Below are positions 57,421 through 64,000 of a stretch of 64,000 nt of DNA, piece after piece. This DNA is from Vitreimonas sp. (GTDB lineage Bacteria; Patescibacteriota; Microgenomatia; UBA1400; PJMF01): assembly GCA_035627515.1 (NCBI GenBank), contig DASPLQ010000012.1, forward strand, positions 1,276,309-1,340,308. Reading direction: 5' to 3'. A program made the position numbers and the translations under genes. The notes beneath the pieces were generated by a model. That model made no database searches and was not told the DNA's origin. It worked only from the letters and a program-made list of their open reading frames with translations. How positions within the stretch are numbered: position 1 is the first letter of the stretch; the number at the start of each line of letters is the position of its first letter.

Positions 57421-58106
57421 TCTTGAATTTTAACTCTATGTAGGTAGGGATAGACACAAAAACTCAACATCCCGGAAAAGAAGTAGAAAAAACAATCTTC
57501 AAGTGGAATACCTAAAAAATAAATACCTATTAACTTTTCCGTCATCCAGGTTCTTTCTATAAATTGAGGAGTAACTGCTATCATTGCCAGAAAGATTGGC
57601 ACAACCAAGGCGACAGATAAGAATCCATTTATAATCGCAGGAATAACCAACGATTTGTCTTTACTTAATAGAATGACGCTAGAAAAAGATAAAGAAATAA
57701 TTGTTGCAATAAAAGAACCAACCTTCATTTGAAACAGTAAAGTAAATAAAGCTAAATTAAGTGCAATGATAATTAGTAAGCTTAGTACTCTACTATTTAA
57801 AACTTGATTTCCCTTAAAAGAAGTAAAGCGTTTTTTAAAAATAAACAGATAGAGAGATGCGAGTACTCCAGAACTGGCAAAACCTAAAATAATATCTTCT
57901 AAACCAATAGTCGTGCTGGTAATAGTAATAGGTTGCCACCAATCCTGTGTCCACCAAAAGTACTCACCAATTAAACCAAGTGGAGTAAAAATAAGTCCTA
58001 ATTGAATGAGTAAATTGCGCAGGTCTTTTCTAATTAAAAAAATAATAGCCCAAGGAATTATGAATAAACTTGAGCCTAATAAATAAGTATACTGAATAGG
58101 TAGCAT
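57417..58106 (-). CDS. Polytopic membrane protein, unknown family
   Basis: It has 6-7 TM helices and is AT-rich. Confidence 0.4.
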   Translation of the reverse strand: MLPIQYTYLLGSSLFIIPWAIIFLIRKDLRNLLIQLGLIFTPLGLIGEYFWWTQDWWQPITITSTTIGLEDIILGFASSGVLASLYLFIFKKRFTSFKGNQVLNSRVLSLLIIIALNLALFTLLFQMKVGSFIATIISLSFSSVILLSKDKSLVIPAIINGFLSVALVVPIFLAMIAVTPQFIERTWMTEKLIGIYFLGIPLEDCFFYFFSGMLSFCVYPYLHRVKIQD

Positions 58107-58168
58107 TATTCAAATTGTAGCATTTTTGCAATGGAGTACGGCACTTTTGTACTATGTGAGAAACTGTT

Positions 58169-58894
58169 TTACTCTTTCCAGTCCTGACAATATAGATACC
58201 AGCAAATGTAAATTAATACATAATAACGTTCAGAATTTCCCAACTTATCTTTTAGGTTTAATAAGTAAGCCAGCTTCATTGCTGACTCTTGTTTGAGTTT
58301 TATCAAATTTTCTCGATTAGCAGGTAAAGCTATGACTTCATCATGTATGTCTTCTAAAGTAGTGTTGCGAAATGATATCAACGTCATTACGTTAGCCTCA
58401 CGTTGCAAACTTGGTTTTTCTATTTGCTCATTAAAATGATTTATTTGAGCTTCTAATTTTTTTAGTACTTTATCAACTTTTCCTTCGCTGTCCTCAAACA
58501 TAAACTCATCGTGTTGAGAAATTAAATAATTTATTAAAGCGAAATAACGCAAATCTCTTTTTAAGAATTCTCTTATCAATAGCCAGTCTTTCAAATTATG
58601 AGAACTCTCAATCATTAGTTTTCTCATCAACACATCATCTAGTACTTCTCCTTCAAACACTTTTTTGATGAGACCATTAAAGAAGCAGAACTCTGTTATA
58701 GCTCTAGCTTCTTGAACATATGAGGGTTCAGCTATAGATAGATCAGAAACTTGAGGATTTAACCTTCCCTTTGTAACTAAATCCATTAAGGCATTGGAGA
58801 AACTAGGTTGGAGAACGTCCCATTTGGGATCGTTTGAACTTATTTCTATTAAGACTTGAGTTAAAAGTTCTTTAGCTGAACTGGGTTGTTGCAT
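58169..58894 (-). CDS. Hypothetical protein
   Basis: This is a 241-aa helical ORF that is AT-rich and has no motif I recognise. Confidence 0.4.
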   Translation of the reverse strand: MQQPSSAKELLTQVLIEISSNDPKWDVLQPSFSNALMDLVTKGRLNPQVSDLSIAEPSYVQEARAITEFCFFNGLIKKVFEGEVLDDVLMRKLMIESSHNLKDWLLIREFLKRDLRYFALINYLISQHDEFMFEDSEGKVDKVLKKLEAQINHFNEQIEKPSLQREANVMTLISFRNTTLEDIHDEVIALPANRENLIKLKQESAMKLAYLLNLKDKLGNSERYYVLIYICWYLYCQDWKE

Positions 58895-58900
58895 TTACTG

Positions 58901-58971
58901 ATGCCCGACTAGGATTCGAACCTAGATAAACAGCTTCAAAGGCTGCTGTCCTGCCATTAGACGATCGGGCA
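58901..58971 (-). tRNA. tRNA-Gln (anticodon TTG)
   Basis: I hand-folded the minus-strand cloverleaf: acceptor TGCCCGA/TCGGGCA with U1-A72 as in bacterial tRNA-Gln, anticodon stem GCAGC/GCTGT, loop CT-TTG-AA and T-loop TTCGAAT. Confidence 0.85.
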
Positions 58972-59108
58972 ATGAAATCTGAACTTGTTAACCGAGCCTA
59001 CAACAGGCGGGAAGTAGATTGTACCAAATAACTTTAGAAAACTCGAGAGTTCGTTAGAAAAACAAAAACCTCGAAATTAATCGGGTTTTTTCCGCTATAA
59101 TCAAACCC

Positions 59109-59975
59109 ATGCCGCAAGATAAATTTTCAGCCGTTTGGGTCTCACACAGCTCAATTTGTGATTTCCTCAAGTGCCCTCGCTTGTATTATCTAAAAAACGT
59201 CTATAAAGATCCTGAAACTCGCCACAAAATCAGCATCATGAGCCCGCCATTAGCTTTAGGTCAGTCAGTACATGAAATCATTGAGTCTTTATCAGTGATT
59301 AAGACCCAAGACCGGTTTAAAGAATCATTAATCAGTAAATTTGATCGAGCCTGGAAAAAAGTCAGTGGTAAAAAAGGGGGGTTTAGCTCCGATGAACAAG
59401 AACAAAAATATAAACAGCGTGGAGAAGCTATGCTGCGCCGAGTCATGGACCATCCCGGACCACTCAAAAATTTAGCCGTTAAAATTAATATGGATCTACC
59501 TCATTACTGGCTCTCAGAAGAAGAGGGGATTATCTTGTGTGGTAAAGTAGACTGGCTTGAGTACCATCCCGATACAGATGAAGTCACGATTATTGACTTT
59601 AAAACTGGCAAAGGTGAGGAAGACATCGATTCATTGCAGTTACCTATTTATCACTTGCTGGTAGCCAATACTCAAAAACGCCGCGCTAAAAAGGCCTGCT
59701 ATTGGTATCTCGATCGCGATGACGAAGTCTGTGAGCAAAAACTACCCGATTTAGAAGAATCACATCAAAAAGTCTTAGAAATCGCCAAAAAAATGAAGTT
59801 AGCTCGCAAGCTTGAGATCTTCAAGTGTCCACAGGAAACTGGCTGTTATGCGTGTAAACCTTTTGAAGCAGTGTTACGTGGCGAAGGTGAGTTAATTGGT
59901 GTCAATGAGTATAACGTCGATGTCTATATTTTAAATAGTGCTCAAGCTGGTGGGGAAGATAGTATTATTTTGTAG
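59109..59975 (+). CDS. PD-(D/E)xK nuclease, Cas4/RecB-like (DUF83-type) with Cys cluster
   Basis: An N-terminal Cys (CDFLKCP) and a C-terminal triad (FKCPQETGCYACKP) suggest an Fe-S cluster arrangement. The core reads GKVDWLEY...IIDFKTGK, and the QxxxY motif is QLPIYHL. Confidence 0.6.
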   Translation: MPQDKFSAVWVSHSSICDFLKCPRLYYLKNVYKDPETRHKISIMSPPLALGQSVHEIIESLSVIKTQDRFKESLISKFDRAWKKVSGKKGGFSSDEQEQKYKQRGEAMLRRVMDHPGPLKNLAVKINMDLPHYWLSEEEGIILCGKVDWLEYHPDTDEVTIIDFKTGKGEEDIDSLQLPIYHLLVANTQKRRAKKACYWYLDRDDEVCEQKLPDLEESHQKVLEIAKKMKLARKLEIFKCPQETGCYACKPFEAVLRGEGELIGVNEYNVDVYILNSAQAGGEDSIIL

Positions 59976-59983
59976 GAAAAAAA

Positions 59984-60844
59984 ATGAGTTGGATTGTACC
60001 TGCGTTAGGCATGTTTGCGTGTTCAGCGCTGATGTATACCATTATCAGAAAAACGCAGTTATTAGGCGTTCCGAGTGCCATTAATAATTTGGCCATGTTT
60101 TTGATCCCACTACCTTTCAATGTGGTGTATGTATGGTGGAGCGGTGAATCGCTGACTGTCTCTATTTATCAATTAGCCCTGATGGTTTTTACTGCCTTGT
60201 TTCTGTCTTGGCTGGGAAATATTGCTTCCCTCAAAGCCATCGCACTAGCACCTAATCCCGGGTATAGCCTCATCATTTCCAAAAGTTACGTAGTCCTCAC
60301 TGCCATCGCTTCGATTTGGCTGTTTGCTGCACCGTTACCACTCAAAAGTGTGTTGGCAATTGCTATGATCGTGGCTTTCTCTGGATTAATTATTATTAAT
60401 AAAGATGTTACTGCTCACAAAACCGAGTCATCAAGCTGGGTGGGGTATAGTTTGTTAGCCTTCGTCTGCTGGGCAGGTTTAGCGTTAATGTCTAAGTATT
60501 TACTTAACCTGGGCGTCAGTGTCTCAGCCCGATTATTATATGTTTTTGTGATTGTGGCGGCAATTTGTTTAATTGAAGTGAAAAGACAAGGTCTAAGTTT
60601 GCGACTTTCCTATCCAGTGTGGAGGTGGCTGCTCTTGAATGGCCTCTTCCAATTCTTATTCAATTTATTTATGCAGATTGGCTACCAATTAAGTCCCAAT
60701 CCTGGGTATATCAACGCGGTCAATGCCGCTTCAATTGTGTTGTTAACTCTGCTCTCAGCCTGGTTATTTAAAGATGAATTGACACAGCGCAAGTTGATCG
60801 GCGTAGTAGGTGTAACACTGGGCTTAATTGTGTTATTTTTGTAA
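59984..60844 (+). CDS. EamA/DMT-superfamily transporter
   Basis: It has ten TM helices. Confidence 0.6.
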   Translation: MSWIVPALGMFACSALMYTIIRKTQLLGVPSAINNLAMFLIPLPFNVVYVWWSGESLTVSIYQLALMVFTALFLSWLGNIASLKAIALAPNPGYSLIISKSYVVLTAIASIWLFAAPLPLKSVLAIAMIVAFSGLIIINKDVTAHKTESSSWVGYSLLAFVCWAGLALMSKYLLNLGVSVSARLLYVFVIVAAICLIEVKRQGLSLRLSYPVWRWLLLNGLFQFLFNLFMQIGYQLSPNPGYINAVNAASIVLLTLLSAWLFKDELTQRKLIGVVGVTLGLIVLFL

Positions 60845-62017
60845 CGGCACTAAACGATAAATCTTGTCATCACCTGCTTGCACATCACCTCGTCCATCGC
60901 GATTACTCGTTGAAAAATAAATTAAACCGTCAGGTCCTTCAGTTATTTCCCTGACTCGGCCTACTTCCACACCAGCTACTTTTTCTTTAAAAACTACTTT
61001 GGCTGGATCATGCTCATCAAAAACTACTCGGTAAATACCTTCACCACGCAAACCTCCAAATAAAAAGCTGTGCTTTAATTGAGTAAAGACTTTACCTGAG
61101 TAAAACATCCCCGAAGCTGGTGCTACTGCCGGTGTATACAAAACCAGTGGGGAGATCAAACCTTTTTGATTCTTCTCATGAGAGACCAGTGGCCATCCAT
61201 AGTTCTGACCAGCTTTAATGAGATTCACTTCATCGCCACCAGCTGGACCATCGAACAATGATGGGCCGTGCTCTGTAGAGTAGAGGGCTTTTGTCTCCGG
61301 ATGCCAATCAATTCCTTGCGAATTACGATGTCCCCAACTATAAATGGGCGAGTTGGGAAACGGATTATCAGCCGGAACGCTGCCGTCAGCATTGAGTCGC
61401 AATAACTTACCAGCTAAAGAATTTTTATCTTGAGCTAAGGTTCTATCAGTCGCATCACCTGTAGTGATATAGAGTTTATTGTCAGGCCCAAAGCGCAAGC
61501 GAGAACCAGCGTGATTAGGAGCTGCGGGAATATCATCAATTAACGTGCCAGCAATTTTCAGAGTTTGGTTCTCTTCTAGCAACTTAACTACTTTCACTAC
61601 CAATTGACTGTTTTTACTATAGGCATATGAAGTATAAAGAAGATGATTATTAGCAAAGTCGGGATCTAACACTAAACCCATTAAACCTTCCTCGGAGCGA
61701 GTAGAAACTTCAGGAAAAGTGATGAGAGGCTCAGCTTGTAATTCACCATTTATAACCTGACGAATTGCGCCACTCCGCTCAGTAAAAAGCAATCTATTAT
61801 CAGGCGTAAAAGCGATGCTCCAAGGGACAAAAAGGTTATCGGCTACTACTTCAAGTTGATACGGGACTACCTGACCATGATTAGCCACTTCTGAGGAAGG
61901 TGATGACCAGTCATTTAATATAGCTTTTAATGCTGCAGTGATACCAAGATAATTGAGAACAAGCCATCCACTTATTATTACTACTAGCATCACTAGCAAT
62001 ATGAGACTTTTCTTCAT
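60833..62017 (-). CDS. PQQ-dependent sugar dehydrogenase-like beta-propeller (YliI/sorbosone dehydrogenase family)
   Basis: An N-terminal TM anchor precedes the GQNYGWP motif and propeller repeat signatures. Confidence 0.75.
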   Translation of the reverse strand: MKKSLILLVMLVVIISGWLVLNYLGITAALKAILNDWSSPSSEVANHGQVVPYQLEVVADNLFVPWSIAFTPDNRLLFTERSGAIRQVINGELQAEPLITFPEVSTRSEEGLMGLVLDPDFANNHLLYTSYAYSKNSQLVVKVVKLLEENQTLKIAGTLIDDIPAAPNHAGSRLRFGPDNKLYITTGDATDRTLAQDKNSLAGKLLRLNADGSVPADNPFPNSPIYSWGHRNSQGIDWHPETKALYSTEHGPSLFDGPAGGDEVNLIKAGQNYGWPLVSHEKNQKGLISPLVLYTPAVAPASGMFYSGKVFTQLKHSFLFGGLRGEGIYRVVFDEHDPAKVVFKEKVAGVEVGRVREITEGPDGLIYFSTSNRDGRGDVQAGDDKIYRLVPLQK

Positions 62018-62041
62018 ACCGGCAGCATAACGAATTACGAC

Positions 62042-63010
62042 CTAGGGAACAAGGAGTGTTGAGTGTGTTTTTCGCAATTTAGCCACAAAAAAGCCTTCCA
62101 TGTGAGGAGAGGGTAATATACGACGTGTCAAAGTGAGTTGTTCATGAAATTGTTTGTGCTTCCATCCTGTCATCGCGGGTGCCAACTCCAAACCGGCAAT
62201 GGAAATTTCCTCCACTACCACTCGGCCGCCTTCTTTTTTAAGTAACCAATCTATTACCATCTCATTTTCCTCAGGCGACAAGGTACAAGTAGAGTACACG
62301 ATCACGCCACCGGGTTTAGTGGCACTAACGGCTGAGCGTAATAAGGCCCGTTGACGAATGCCGAGTTCTTTGACTTTTTTTGGTGACCAGTTTTCCCAAG
62401 TTTTAGGATCATCACACTGGAAGCGACCTTCCATACTACAAGGCACATCCACCAAGGCTCGGTCAAAAGACTCAGGCCAGTGCTGCCAAACTTCTTCACC
62501 CCGACCTCGACGAGTGTTGACTATCTCCACTCCCTGCATTTTCAAGTTAGCTTGTAACTTGTAGAGCCGAATCGTGCTTAAATCATTAGCTAGTATTTCA
62601 CCTTGATTGTTCATCATCATTGCCATTTGTGTGGTTTTACTGCCCGGAGCGGCGGCTAAATCAAGAATGCGCTCACCCGGTTGGGGATCAAGCACCAAGG
62701 GTGGAATCATACTCGATAAACTTTGGACGTAGAGTGCCCCCTGGGTATACAGAGGATGTTCAGTCAGCGCTTTTAGAGATTGGTTTTTTAATATAAAAGC
62801 TGACTCGTACCAGCTGACTGGCTCAAGCTCAAAACCATCTACCTGGAGCTGGGAGAGCAGTTCAGACGGTGAAATCTTTAAAGTATTGGCACGGAGCGTG
62901 GTAGGCCGTTTCACACAAAAACTGTTAGCAACCGCTGGGAAAGCCGCTTCACCTACCACATGGGGTAATCGTTCTAAAAAAGCTGGAGGTAATTGCTGCC
63001 AACCTGACAT
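62042..63010 (-). CDS. NOL1/NOP2/Sun family RNA m5C methyltransferase (RsmB/RsmF-like)
   Basis: The SAM-binding motif DLAAAPGSKT is present, with catalytic Cys residues in DVPCSMEG (motif IV) and YSTCTLSPEENE (motif VI). Confidence 0.8.
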   Translation of the reverse strand: MSGWQQLPPAFLERLPHVVGEAAFPAVANSFCVKRPTTLRANTLKISPSELLSQLQVDGFELEPVSWYESAFILKNQSLKALTEHPLYTQGALYVQSLSSMIPPLVLDPQPGERILDLAAAPGSKTTQMAMMMNNQGEILANDLSTIRLYKLQANLKMQGVEIVNTRRGRGEEVWQHWPESFDRALVDVPCSMEGRFQCDDPKTWENWSPKKVKELGIRQRALLRSAVSATKPGGVIVYSTCTLSPEENEMVIDWLLKKEGGRVVVEEISIAGLELAPAMTGWKHKQFHEQLTLTRRILPSPHMEGFFVAKLRKTHSTLLVP

Positions 63011-63043
63011 GCCAATGATTGTAACAGATGATACAATGAGGGT

Positions 63044-63484
63044 ATGTCCATCAAAACTCTCTTTTCCAGTTTGTGCTTAGCGTTAATGCTCAGTTTGTCC
63101 TTGCCAGCTGTGTCCCTTTTGACACCTCCCGTGCAAGCCCAAGTCGCTGGCCCCCGCGCCTCCATTACCTACGCCAGTAAAGGCAGTTCATTTTTGGTGG
63201 TCATGTCTGGTGTCCAAAGTGTGAACTATACCATCGAGTACACTCGAGCCGTTGGCAATGGTGAGATGCTCGAAGGCATCCAGTCAGCCGGCAAAGGTAA
63301 AAAAGGCGCCTATGCCAAGCGGCATTACGCTGGCACTCAGTCATCGAAATACTTCATCCCTCACAAAGTCAAAAGTGGGACTCTGATGGTCAAAGGCAAA
63401 GATCTCAAAGGCAAAGCTTTTTCCAAAACCATTAAGTTCACTGTTAGCTCTAAAGGTGTGTTAAAAGTCATCTCTAGTACATAA
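63044..63484 (+). CDS. Secreted hypothetical protein
   Basis: There is a signal peptide with a VQAQV cleavage context, and the protein is K/G/S rich. Confidence 0.45.
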   Translation: MSIKTLFSSLCLALMLSLSLPAVSLLTPPVQAQVAGPRASITYASKGSSFLVVMSGVQSVNYTIEYTRAVGNGEMLEGIQSAGKGKKGAYAKRHYAGTQSSKYFIPHKVKSGTLMVKGKDLKGKAFSKTIKFTVSSKGVLKVISST

Positions 63485-63526
63485 TGAGCACCGGTGGTAT
63501 TAACAGTAACTTGTTGATATTGCCCC

Positions 63527-63557
63527 AATTACTCAATTACTTAGTTACTTAATTACT
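63527..63557 (-). repeat. Short intergenic repeat copy C, immediately upstream of the GT4 gene
   Basis: CTTAGTTACTTAATTACT at 63540-63557 is the exact reverse complement of the 18-mer AGTAATTAAGTAACTAAG in copy A at 4735-4752. An AATTACTC half-unit lies in tandem in front of it. Confidence 0.7.
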
Positions 63558-63560
63558 CGT

Positions 63561-64000
63561 ATGCCCTTATCAATAGCGATGCTGTCTTTTCATACTTGTC
63601 CGTTAGCTGCGGAAGAGGGCAAAGAGACAGGGGGCATGAATGTTTATGTTTTAGAGTTATCCACTCAATTAGCCAAACTTGGGCATACTATCGATGTTTT
63701 TACTCGCAGCCAAGATCTAGACAACCCCAAAATTGTCCAGGTTCATGACCACCTCCGCGTCATTCATATTCCCGCTGGTCCTGAACAACCTGTCCCTAAA
63801 AAAGAACTTCGTCAGTATCTACCAGAGTTTGTAAAAAATGTTCATGGCTTCATTGCTAAAGAAAAACTTAACTATGATGTGCTTCATAGTCACTATTATT
63901 TATCCGGCTTAGCCGGTATAGAAATTAATCAACACCTTTCTCAACCTCTCCCACATTTACTCACCTTCCATACATTAGCCCTGATGAAAAACTTAGTCGC
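63561..64000 (+). CDS. GT4-family glycosyltransferase, MshA-like N-terminal domain (partial, runs off window end)
   Basis: An ATG at 63561 opens a frame that stays open to the window end. IAMLSFHTCPLAAEEGKETGGMNVYVLELSTQLAKLGH resembles the MshA/GT4 N-terminus. Confidence 0.7.
   Translation, partial: MPLSIAMLSFHTCPLAAEEGKETGGMNVYVLELSTQLAKLGHTIDVFTRSQDLDNPKIVQVHDHLRVIHIPAGPEQPVPKKELRQYLPEFVKNVHGFIAKEKLNYDVLHSHYYLSGLAGIEINQHLSQPLPHLLTFHTLALMKNLV

Noticed and set aside
1-64000. A CRISPR array or cas locus
   Set aside because: All intergenic gaps are under 170 nt and none contains regularly spaced direct repeats. The only recurring short motif, AGTAATTAAGTAA, occurs as isolated single copies and not in repeat-spacer arrays.

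Overview
This 64 kb window is a densely coded (about 92%) stretch of a small-genome bacterium under the standard genetic code, with roughly 43% GC and short intergenic gaps. The composition is compatible with an uncultivated Patescibacteria/CPR-like or similar lineage, but that placement is an inference and not proven. It holds about 80 protein genes and four tRNAs: tRNA-Gly(TCC), tRNA-Leu(TAA), tRNA-Pro(TGG) and tRNA-Gln(TTG). There is no rRNA and no CRISPR array.

The housekeeping genes I recognise include typA/bipA, radC, epmA (EF-P lysyltransferase), an RsuA/RluB-type pseudouridine synthase, rarA, msrB-msrA, recQ, pyrD, a MutY-like glycosylase, an RsmB-like m5C methyltransferase, Hsp20 and SppA. 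Around them sit many accessory or poorly characterised genes.

The observations most worth a second look are these:
1. A radical-SAM plus GNAT Elp3 homologue sits divergently next to a Trm9-like SAM methyltransferase. Together they could form a complete eukaryote/archaeal-type (m)cm5U tRNA wobble-modification module.
2. A co-oriented cassette between tRNA-Gly and tRNA-Leu/Pro encodes an 84-aa protein, a Y-family polymerase that looks catalytically intact, a 315-aa unknown protein and a poxvirus/bacterial-type topoisomerase IB.
3. A gene of the four-helix-bundle (23S rRNA intervening-sequence protein) family sits between typA and radC, bracketed by a perfect 13-nt inverted repeat (AGTAATTAAGTAA). 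The same motif recurs upstream of the last gene in the window, which makes it a short repeat family.
4. One polypeptide fuses an archaeal/eukaryote-type PPAT (COG1019) to a C-terminal domain that may be the DUF359-type dephospho-CoA kinase.
5. A DUF2130-like protein combines a zinc ribbon, a long coiled coil and a PD-(D/E)xK nuclease domain.
6. An AT-rich islet follows tRNA-Pro and carries a Pmp-repeat beta-helix protein with no signal peptide.
7. Three co-localised genes encode an atypical kinase-like protein, a zinc-ribbon methyltransferase and a PPDK_N-type ATP-grasp protein.
8. A CIRCE-like inverted repeat overlaps a sigma70-type promoter in front of hsp20.
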